A stretch of 10,431 nucleotides of DNA from positions 1 through 10,431 of the forward strand of contig JAVVEA010000028.1 of NCBI GenBank assembly GCA_032250835.1, read 5' to 3'. The notes beneath the pieces were generated by a model. The model ran no database searches. It saw only the letters and a program-made list of their open reading frames with translations, and was not told the origin of the DNA. Source of the DNA: a bacterium (GTDB lineage Bacteria > SAR324 > XYD2-FULL-50-16). A program made the translations under genes and the position numbers. This document shows positions 1-6,453 of the stretch, in pieces. Within the stretch, counting starts at the first letter, position 1, and each line of letters begins with the position of its first letter.

Positions 1-168
1 ATGTCCGAGCGGGCCGCCGATATGGTGCGCGACGACTTGGATGCCTTGGGTGCCGTACGGGTCGCCGATGTGGACGCGGCCCAGCAGAAAATGGTTAAAA
101 TCGCGCGCAAGCTCGAAGAAGAAGGAAAAATCATCATCAGCGGAGCTGGTGGAGGAGATGTGGTTTAA
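1..168 (+). CDS. fliG: Flagellar motor switch protein FliG, C-terminal fragment (5'-truncated by the window edge)
   Basis: Not in the ORF track. Frame 1 reads MSERAADMVRDDLDALGAVRVADVDAAQQKMVKIARKLEEEGKIIISGAGGGDVV*. This matches the FliG C-terminal torque helix (MSxRAA...RDD...GxVR...Q...R.L...G.I.I) with the charged stator-contact residues intact. Stop TAA at 166-168. Confidence 0.95.
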   Translation: MSERAADMVRDDLDALGAVRVADVDAAQQKMVKIARKLEEEGKIIISGAGGGDVV

Positions 169-980
169 TGTCGGCAATTTTACTGGGCGATGCTTTCTGG
201 TCGCCCCAAGATCCGAGCAAGTCGGTACCCCAGTTTATTTTAGAAGACGAAATCCCGCTGTTGCACCTGTACCACCAGCAGTTTAAGACCGGCGCGTCGA
301 TGGTGCGCACCCCGACCCGCCAAAGCTCTGCGGCCTACCTTAAGCCCTTGGGTTTATTGGACCGGATCGAAGCGGTCCACAACATTGCGGTACAAAGTGC
401 GAAACATACCCAAGAGCAGGGCGACTTCGATTGTTTGGTCGCCGCCGTCATGGCCCCGCCTTCGCCGGACTTTGAGGGGCGGACCGAAGCGGCGCTGGAA
501 CATGAGCTGGCCGAACCGGTGATCTATATGATCGACAAAGGGGCGGACATCATGATTCTCGAAGGCTTTAGCGACTGGGACCAATTTGAAACGGCCCTGA
601 AGGTACTCAAGTCGGTGAACCAAGTCCCCCTACCTACCTCGGCCTTTTTTAGGCCCAAACAGGCGGACCTTGAGACGATCCAGCGGCTGTTCGTCTTTGG
701 TGAAGCCTTGGAACTAGAGGCGGTAGGCTTGGAACTGACCTTAAGCGATGCCGCCAAGCTGCGCCGCGCCGACCTCCCCAGCGACCTAGCCTTTGGCCTG
801 CAAATCTTAGGCGGCGGCGAGCCCGTTGAACTGGACCGGGCGGTTGAGCGCTTATGGGAACTGGGCCCTACCTTGATGCTGGGCGGAGAGGGGTTTTCCC
901 AGGCCAGCTGGGACCAGCTTAGCAGCCGCCTGAGTCAGGCTCAGGGCTCTAAAGACGGCCAGTCGATGGCCGCCCAATAG
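168..980 (+). CDS. Homocysteine S-methyltransferase (Hcy-binding TIM barrel)-like protein, probably catalytically degenerate
   Basis: Motifs occur in family order: YHQQFKTGASMVRTPT (~HxxYxxAGAxxIxTNT), LKPLGLLDRIEAVHNIAVQSAK, LVAAVMAP (~VAGSxGP), KGADIMILEGFSD (~GxDxxxxET), AVGLEL (~VGxNC), LMLGGEG (~IGGCCG). The ATG overlaps the fliG stop (TAATG). Confidence 0.72.
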   Translation: MSAILLGDAFWSPQDPSKSVPQFILEDEIPLLHLYHQQFKTGASMVRTPTRQSSAAYLKPLGLLDRIEAVHNIAVQSAKHTQEQGDFDCLVAAVMAPPSPDFEGRTEAALEHELAEPVIYMIDKGADIMILEGFSDWDQFETALKVLKSVNQVPLPTSAFFRPKQADLETIQRLFVFGEALELEAVGLELTLSDAAKLRRADLPSDLAFGLQILGGGEPVELDRAVERLWELGPTLMLGGEGFSQASWDQLSSRLSQAQGSKDGQSMAAQ

Positions 981-1147
981 AGGCAACTTTTCAGCGCCCA
1001 GCTTTGGCTCTCATTAAAGCAGGCGATCTTACCGCCCATTTTCACCCGCACATGCCGGATGCGCGGCCCCTGGGGGCTGCTCATGATCACTAAAACTTCT
1101 TGGCCCACCTCGGGCCGGGGACCTTCGGCCAAAGAAATCCATTCCAT
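941..1147 (-). CDS. Small hypothetical protein, DUF551-like
   Basis: The N-terminal MEWISLAEGPRPEVGQEVLV and C-terminal YWAAIDWP resemble the phage-associated DUF551 pattern (WISxxxxLPxxxxxVLV...HWxPLP). GAAGG lies 6 nt upstream of the ATG. It overlaps the convergent gene by 40 bp. Confidence 0.6.
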   Translation of the reverse strand: MEWISLAEGPRPEVGQEVLVIMSSPQGPRIRHVRVKMGGKIACFNESQSWALKSCLYWAAIDWPSLEP

Positions 1148-1256
1148 TTGATGCCTTCTGTGCGGTTGGGGGCTGGGAATTCCAGTTTAACCCGCAGCCC
1201 CGCGCTTGCCAAGCATCAACGCCGCCACTTATCAATGATGCTTTGGGAAAAACTAT

Positions 1257-1565
1257 CTAATCCCGCAAAGTTTCCAATCGCAATATCTCTTTTTCAACTT
1301 CACTGATAGCAAAATGCCCAAATTGCTCAAAGATTCGCTGAGTATTCTGAGAAAAGTGCGAGGAGCGATTGCCACCGGAAATCTTACTGTAATCACTAAC
1401 TTTTGAACTCAAACTGCCGCTGCTTATCCCGGCTTTTTGCTCAATCGCTTGGCAGTAAGCTTGTTGTGCCCCCCTTTTTGGGGATTCAGATTTTAATTTC
1501 AAATAAATCAGAAGGCACCTCATTTCATTTAAGTCGTTCCAGTTTGAACCGTTAAGATAACTCAT
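1257..1565 (-). CDS. Hypothetical 102-aa protein, low GC; weak resemblance to the helical N-terminal domain of some HNH restriction nucleases
   Basis: Good RBS (GAGAGG-AAAA-ATG). Hand-counted GC is 123/300 (41%) over 1261-1560, well below the neighbouring genes. The pattern W...E...L..Y...S..S.SSKVSDY...S...F..F is present; there is no HNH motif. Confidence 0.65.
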   Translation of the reverse strand: MSYLNGSNWNDLNEMRCLLIYLKLKSESPKRGAQQAYCQAIEQKAGISSGSLSSKVSDYSKISGGNRSSHFSQNTQRIFEQFGHFAISEVEKEILRLETLRD

Positions 1566-1664
1566 TTTTCCTCTCAGTTTTCAGTTTTAGTCAAACCGCT
1601 CATTCTCATAGAATGCTCAAAACGACATTAGACTCACCATACTGAATGCATTCCCAGTCTAGCA

Positions 1665-2639
1665 TCACTTCAAATCCCAGCCCTTTTCGGTAAGGTCTTG
1701 GCGCAGGAGGGTCCAGAATTGGGGCCAGTGGCCTTGGGCTTGGTTGAAAAGGGCCTCTAGGTGGGCATTGCCCTTTTGGTAGCGGCGGTACTGCAACAAC
1801 CGGGCGTTATTGAAGGTTCGCTGGACTCCGGTTTGGGCTTCAAAGGCTTGGCTCAATTGGGCAAACAATAGCGCTCGCTGTTCCAACTTTTCTTTCTCTT
1901 TCAGCTCACTAGCGTACAATTCCTCGAACTGAGGAATCCACTGGCGTACCAGCTCTGCCGCCCGGCGGCCCCGTTCCTGGCCTTGGACTTGGACTTCCCA
2001 GCGGGCCTCGTCCCAACCGGCGGGACCGCGCAGATAAGCCTCGGCCCCCTGGGCCCCCACAAAGCTGGCCAACTGTTCGTTGAAGTCGCCTTGGTCGTTG
2101 ACGTACAGGGTGGCGTGGGTCATTTCGTGCAGCAGCGTTTCGGCCAAGTCATAGAGCCCTTGACGCAACATAGGGGTGGTTACGGGGTCTTCAAACCAGC
2201 CCAAAGTGCTGTAGGCGGGAGCGGCAAAAAGATAGGTGTCTAGGCCCTGAGCCTCCAAGTCGGCTTTTAGGTCCTCAGCATCGGAGTGGTCGAAATAGCC
2301 CTTATAGGGCACGCTTCCGATCACCGGAAACCACCACTGGTGCGGCGATAAGGAGAGTTTGGGCGCGGCGGTAACGACATAGGTCACCCCTTCACCGGGC
2401 ACCGGGAGATAGGCTTGGTAATTTTGGGTCGCCTTTAGGCCCAGTTGAGACTGGCCGAAGGCCTTGATCTGCGGTACTTGGGCCAGCAACGCCGCTAATT
2501 GGGGGTCCGGTTCATGCGCCTCTTCGAGCGGCACCGAAGACCAGCCTAGCTTGAGCTGCCCCCAGCCCTGCTCGACCACATAACAACCACTCAACAGGGG
2601 CCACAACAACAGGGCCCAACCTAAGGAACTAATCCTCAA
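1665..2639 (-). CDS. Predicted zinc-dependent aminopeptidase-family lipoprotein (DUF2265/Aminopep-like)
   Basis: Signal peptide with lipobox LSGC. Family motifs WWFPVIGSVPYKGYF, AYSTLGWFEDP, HEMTH (HEXXH) followed by FNE, and NNARL. The TTG start overlaps the end of xseB. Confidence 0.85.
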   Translation of the reverse strand: MRISSLGWALLLWPLLSGCYVVEQGWGQLKLGWSSVPLEEAHEPDPQLAALLAQVPQIKAFGQSQLGLKATQNYQAYLPVPGEGVTYVVTAAPKLSLSPHQWWFPVIGSVPYKGYFDHSDAEDLKADLEAQGLDTYLFAAPAYSTLGWFEDPVTTPMLRQGLYDLAETLLHEMTHATLYVNDQGDFNEQLASFVGAQGAEAYLRGPAGWDEARWEVQVQGQERGRRAAELVRQWIPQFEELYASELKEKEKLEQRALLFAQLSQAFEAQTGVQRTFNNARLLQYRRYQKGNAHLEALFNQAQGHWPQFWTLLRQDLTEKGWDLK

Positions 2640-2847
2640 GCCGCTCCTTGCTCAGTTGGCCCGATTCGTCTTTAAGCAACACCTCCACCCGCTTTTCGGC
2701 CTCGGCCAATTCTTTGTGGCAGGCCCGCGAGAGTTTGATGCCCCGCTCGAAAGACTTGAGCGCTTCGTCTAAGTCAGCAGGGCCTTCTTCTAAAGACTCT
2801 ACAATCGCTTCAAGCTGCTTTAAATTCTCTTCAAATTTGGCGGCCAA
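2629..2847 (-). CDS. xseB: Exodeoxyribonuclease VII small subunit
   Basis: FEENLKQLEAIVESLEEG..DLDEALKSFERGIKLSRACHKELAEAEKRV is the XseB signature. TTG start with strong RBS AGGAGGAG (complement of 2851-2858). Confidence 0.95.
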   Translation of the reverse strand: MAAKFEENLKQLEAIVESLEEGPADLDEALKSFERGIKLSRACHKELAEAEKRVEVLLKDESGQLSKERLED

Positions 2848-2922
2848 GGTCTCCTCCTGTTGTATGACGGTCCTTAAAGATCATAGTCGAGCCCAGGCGA
2901 CTTTGACCAGCCCCCTTTGGCC

Positions 2923-2951
2923 TTGATGGATTCTTTACGGTGCCCTATAAT
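2923..2951 (+). promoter_or_regulatory. Sigma70-type promoter for the tatD-moaD-moaE cluster
   Basis: TTGATG (2923-2928), 17-nt spacer, TATAAT (2946-2951), 30 nt upstream of the tatD ATG. Confidence 0.7.
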
Positions 2952-2981
2952 TAAGGGCCTACAACAACTTATACGAAGGCT

Positions 2982-3764
2982 ATGAATCCGTCGCTCCGCT
3001 GGGTAGACACCCACTGCCACCTAGAAATGTTAAAAGAACCGGCCCAATCGGCCCTCGAAAAGGGGACCGAGGCCGGGCTGAGCCATTGCCTGACCATCGG
3101 CACGGGCCCGCAGTCTAACGCCCAGGTTTTGGCCTTTTGTGACCAATTCCCCCAGGTATATGGCAGTCTAGGCATCCACCCACACCAAGCGGGGGAAACG
3201 ACGCCCGAACACTTGGCCTTTATTGGCGAAAACCTGGACCACCCCAAGATCGTGGCCCTAGGCGAATGTGGCTTGGACTATCATTATGATTTTTCTAAGC
3301 CCGAAGAGCAAAAACCCCTATTCATGGCTCAGTTAAAAATGGCCCAAGAGCGCAACATGCCTCTGGTGATCCATTCCCGCCAAGCCGAAGAAGACACCTT
3401 AGAATGTCTCGCCCAGGCGGACCAAGGCGGCTTACGGGGCGTCTTTCATAGCTTCACCAGCAGCTTAGAGATGGCCCAAAAGGTTTTGGAGTTGGGCTTT
3501 TACCTCAGCTTCAACGGCATCTGCACCTTCCCCCGGTCCGAAGCGGTCCGCGAGGTTTTGGCGAAAGTGCCGCTGGACCGATTGTTGCTGGAAACGGACG
3601 CTCCCTATTTAAGCCCCGTCCCGTTGCGTGGCAAGCCCAACCTTCCGGGGAATGTGGCCTTAGTCGGTGAATTTGTGGCCAAGTTTTTAGGGATCGACCC
3701 CCAGGAACTGAGCCAACTTTGTTTTGAAAACAGCCTCAAGCTCTTTGAAGGGGTCAACGCATGA
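2982..3764 (+). CDS. tatD: TatD-family metal-dependent hydrolase/DNase
   Basis: Motifs DTHCH, GIHPH, GECGLDY, IHSR, FHSF and LLETDAPYL. RBS GAAGG upstream. Confidence 0.95.
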   Translation: MNPSLRWVDTHCHLEMLKEPAQSALEKGTEAGLSHCLTIGTGPQSNAQVLAFCDQFPQVYGSLGIHPHQAGETTPEHLAFIGENLDHPKIVALGECGLDYHYDFSKPEEQKPLFMAQLKMAQERNMPLVIHSRQAEEDTLECLAQADQGGLRGVFHSFTSSLEMAQKVLELGFYLSFNGICTFPRSEAVREVLAKVPLDRLLLETDAPYLSPVPLRGKPNLPGNVALVGEFVAKFLGIDPQELSQLCFENSLKLFEGVNA

Positions 3765-4006
3765 AGCTGCGGCTCTTTGCCTTTGCGGGCTTAAAAGAAT
3801 TGATCGGGGCTCAGGAGTTAGCGTTGGAATTACCGGCCGGAGCGACCGTTCAAATGGCCTTGGATCAGTTGATGGCCGACTATCCAGCGGTGACCAGCAT
3901 CGCCCCCTCTTTAAGCGCGGCGATAGACCAAGAGTACGCCCCGCTGGATGCGGTTTTGAGCGAAGGTTGTGAGTTGGCGCTGTTCCCGCCCGTAGGAGGG
4001 GGTTAG
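3761..4006 (+). CDS. moaD: Molybdopterin synthase sulfur carrier subunit (ubiquitin-like)
   Basis: 81 aa; LFAFAGLKE..G at the N-terminus and ELALFPPVGGG with the C-terminal Gly-Gly. ATGA overlap with tatD; directly upstream of moaE. Confidence 0.92.
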   Translation: MKLRLFAFAGLKELIGAQELALELPAGATVQMALDQLMADYPAVTSIAPSLSAAIDQEYAPLDAVLSEGCELALFPPVGGG

Positions 4007-4432
4007 ATGTTTGGACTCACCCAAGAGCCTTTGAGCTTAGAGCCGCTCTTAGAAAAAGTCGGACGTGACACTGCCGGCGCCCTGGCGGGATTTGTGGGCG
4101 TCACCCGCAACAATAATTTGGGCCAAGAGGTCCGCTACTTGGAGTATGAGGCCTATCCGCAGATGGCCCTAGCCAAAATGGCCCAGGTGGCCGAAGAAGC
4201 CAAAGCCCGCCACCAAGTCTTTGAGGTGGCTATCTGGCACCGCTTGGGCTTAGTGGAAATCGGCCAAGCGAGCGTGGTGATTGCCGTCTCGGCGGCGCAC
4301 CGGCACGAAGCCTTTGCGGCCTGTGAATTTGCCATCGACCGACTTAAAGAGATCGTGCCGATTTGGAAAAAAGAGTTTTTTGACCAAGAGGGTGCCCGGT
4401 GGGTGCCCAATAGAACAGACCGTCAGCCATAG
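4007..4432 (+). CDS. moaE: Molybdopterin synthase catalytic subunit
   Basis: Motifs GA..FVGVTR, LEYEAYPQMA, HRLG, SAAHR, IDRLKEIVPIWKKE and the terminal WV. The ATG abuts the moaD TAG. Confidence 0.95.
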   Translation: MFGLTQEPLSLEPLLEKVGRDTAGALAGFVGVTRNNNLGQEVRYLEYEAYPQMALAKMAQVAEEAKARHQVFEVAIWHRLGLVEIGQASVVIAVSAAHRHEAFAACEFAIDRLKEIVPIWKKEFFDQEGARWVPNRTDRQP

Positions 4433-4438
4433 GAATTG

Positions 4439-5218
4439 ATGGGTAGTCGAAATTTCATGATCACCGAAGAACAACGCAAAGAATATGCGGCGGGTGTGCT
4501 GCTCGATAAGATGCAGGACGAAGACCTGTCTTATTCGGTGGCCCTCGAAGGCGACGACCGCGACTTGGAACCGTTGTTCATCCACATGCTCGCCAAGGGC
4601 TACGTGGAGGTTGATGACCAAAACCGCTACAGCTTGACCGTCAAGGGCTTAGAAAAAACCGAAAACCTGCGCAAGCGCTATGAGGAGTACCTGTCGCACT
4701 TTGACATCTACTGCGCGGTGGACACCGGTAGCGGCGAGTTTGCCTTTGAGCAGATTTTTGAGTTAGAAGACGAAGCCTGGGACGCCTTCTTAAGTGAAGA
4801 GCGCTTCTTAGACCTCCGTATAGCCGTGGCTTGGTTCAAAAAGATCAACCCGGCAGACTTTGTTTTCTTAAGTTTCTTAAAAGAAGGCCGCTTCGACACC
4901 GACCGGCCCGGTTGGCAGTTTGACCTGCTGAGCGGGTTGATCTGGAAAGAGATTGAAGAGGTGATCGACCGGGCGGTGACTATTGAGGAACTGGCTTATC
5001 AAGCAGAGAACGGCGAATGGATCACCGGGGAGATGGTCTTAGAAGACGTGATTTCCCAAGGGGCCAAGATCAACGCCAACCTGCACGCCGAAGAAGACCG
5101 CTTCCATACCGACGACCACGAGTTGCGTAATGACTTTTCGGACAACCAAGGAACATACGTAACCTACGAATCTTATTATGATCCCTTTTACATCAGCCCG
5201 ATCTGGTTCCTTTTTTAA
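4439..5218 (+). CDS. Acidic protein of unknown function; possible N-terminal winged helix; Tyr/aromatic-rich C-terminal tail
   Basis: Long ORF directly after moaE with AGGA before ATG 4439 (alternative starts TTG 4436, ATG 4457). MLAKGYVEVDDQNRYSLTVKG resembles a wHTH wing. Ends in YESYYDPFYISPIWFLF. Confidence 0.85.
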   Translation: MGSRNFMITEEQRKEYAAGVLLDKMQDEDLSYSVALEGDDRDLEPLFIHMLAKGYVEVDDQNRYSLTVKGLEKTENLRKRYEEYLSHFDIYCAVDTGSGEFAFEQIFELEDEAWDAFLSEERFLDLRIAVAWFKKINPADFVFLSFLKEGRFDTDRPGWQFDLLSGLIWKEIEEVIDRAVTIEELAYQAENGEWITGEMVLEDVISQGAKINANLHAEEDRFHTDDHELRNDFSDNQGTYVTYESYYDPFYISPIWFLF

Positions 5219-5338
5219 GGGACCTTTCGGTTGGGATCGGTGAATTTTTTCGCTGGAACTTTGGGAGCCAAGGGCGTACCCTGATTGGAACCTACATTGG
5301 TCCCCTTTAAAAACATCGCATTATTTCAGAGGTTCGAC

Positions 5339-5560
5339 ATGATTGGCGGATTAGGCGTTGGCGAGCTTTCCATCATCCTATGTATCGTTGTGGTGCTGTT
5401 TGGCGCAGGCCGTTTGGCGGGCATTGGCTCGGGCTTAGGCCGCGGTATCCGCAACTTTAAGGATGAGGTGGATACAGGCAAGAAGGAAGCTAAAAAACTG
5501 GACGGCGCGGCCCAAGAAGCTGCAGCAGAATTTAAATCCGAAGAGAAGACCGAGGCCTAA
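5339..5560 (+). CDS. tatA: Twin-arginine translocase TatA/TatE family subunit
   Basis: MIGGLGVGELSIILCIVVVLFGAGRLAGIGSGLGRGIRNFK: TM helix, FG hinge, amphipathic helix ending in FK, then a charged tail. Start reassigned to ATG 5339 (RBS AGAGG at 5328-5332) from the track's 5285. Confidence 0.92.
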   Translation: MIGGLGVGELSIILCIVVVLFGAGRLAGIGSGLGRGIRNFKDEVDTGKKEAKKLDGAAQEAAAEFKSEEKTEA

Positions 5561-5577
5561 AACCCCGAGTCCTCAAG

Positions 5578-5604
5578 AAAAGCCCGGCCTGTCCGGGCTT
5601 TTTT
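5578..5604. terminator. Bidirectional rho-independent terminator
   Basis: AAAA-GCCCGG-cctgt-CCGGGC-TTTTTT between convergent tatA and the TauE-family gene. Confidence 0.88.
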
Positions 5605-5631
5605 GTTAAGGCCTCTAGCTTTTTTCAGGCC

Positions 5632-6453
5632 TCAGCCAAGCCAAGCCCAAAGTCCCCCTAGGCCGTTGAGCAAGCCTAAGGGCAAGATAAACCAACCGAA
5701 CCACCGCTTGAGCCGTTTCGGGTCTGTACGGTGCGCCAAGTTGGCCCCCACTCGGTTAAAGATAAACGCACTAGGCAGCAGAGCAAAAAAACCGGGCAGG
5801 TAAAAGGCGTGCCAGAGGCCCGTCAATTGGGTGCTGGGGTCGGCCTGAAGGCCATGGGAACCCAGGGCTGCGGCGGCGGCAAAGAGCATGAAGCCGGTTG
5901 TGGTGCCCACCGCCTTCGCAATGGGATAGGCGGACACAAAATGCAAAAGAGGCATCACAATCAACCCCCCGCCGACGCCGAAAAAGGCCGAAAGTAATCC
6001 CCCAGCAAACCCAATCCCCGCAAAGACCAGCAGGCCCCGTCTCCCCTGGGTCACGGCGTCATTTTTCTGAGAGCCCTTGAGTAGTTTGAGGGCCATAAAG
6101 AGTTCAAAGGAACCCAACAGGATTTTAAAGGGGTCCGCGCTCAGCTCCTTGAGCGCCAAAGAAGCCAGCAAGGCCCCCAAAGCCCCCCCCAAGACCAACC
6201 CCAGCAGTGGAGAAAAGTCGATGTTGCCGTTTTTCCAATGGGCCGCCAAGGAGTTCCCCAGCGAAGCCAAAATCACCGCCAGCGAAGTAGAGACCGCGAC
6301 CAAGGGGATTTGAGCGTCCGGAAGGCCCGCCTGTTCCAGGCTATAAACCAAGACCGGCACATAGAGAATCCCCCCTCCAATGCCCATCAACCCGGCCAAA
6401 GTCCCGGCCAGAGCACCAGTCGCCACAAAAACCGCAATCAACCAGAGTTCCAA
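5632..6453 (-). CDS. TauE/SafE (TSUP) family membrane transporter
   Basis: Two internal repeats, GxxAGLMGIGGGILYVP...AVSTSL and GLLSAFFGVGGGLIVMP...AVGTT, with about 8 hydrophobic segments. TTG start with AGGAG RBS. Confidence 0.9.
   Translation of the reverse strand: MELWLIAVFVATGALAGTLAGLMGIGGGILYVPVLVYSLEQAGLPDAQIPLVAVSTSLAVILASLGNSLAAHWKNGNIDFSPLLGLVLGGALGALLASLALKELSADPFKILLGSFELFMALKLLKGSQKNDAVTQGRRGLLVFAGIGFAGGLLSAFFGVGGGLIVMPLLHFVSAYPIAKAVGTTTGFMLFAAAAALGSHGLQADPSTQLTGLWHAFYLPGFFALLPSAFIFNRVGANLAHRTDPKRLKRWFGWFILPLGLLNGLGGLWAWLG

Noticed and set aside
41-286. 81-aa + strand ORF in the track
   Set aside because: Out-of-frame shadow over the real fliG end and the next gene.
354-757. 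Minus-strand ORFs 354-623 and 524-757
   Set aside because: Antisense shadows of the 168-980 gene with no recognisable motifs.
1165-1191. GTTRRRY/RYYYAAC-like core (GTTTAAC, 1185-1191) suggesting an attC site
   Set aside because: The partner box lies in the wrong order for attC, L boxes are not evident, and there is no integrase in the window.
1029-1306. ORFs 1029-1235 (-) and 1100-1306 (+)
   Set aside because: They overlap better-supported genes and hairpins, and have no recognisable protein features.
2982-4432. TatD plus a ubiquitin-like protein as an anti-phage system (QatABCD- or Bil-like)
   Set aside because: No QueC, ATPase, E1/E2 or JAB genes. The MoaD/MoaE pair is canonical and GC content is host-like.
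1983-4899. Alternative-frame ORFs 1983-2243, 2648-2926, 2969-3247, 3724-3972, 4153-4410, 4250-4621 and 4708-4899
   Set aside because: All overlap confidently identified genes; typical shadow ORFs in GC-rich DNA.
5254-5278. Sigma54 (TGGAAC...GAGC) or ECF (GGAAC...CGTA) promoter before tatA
   Set aside because: The -12 element is poor, and the 15-nt ECF spacer is shorter than typical.
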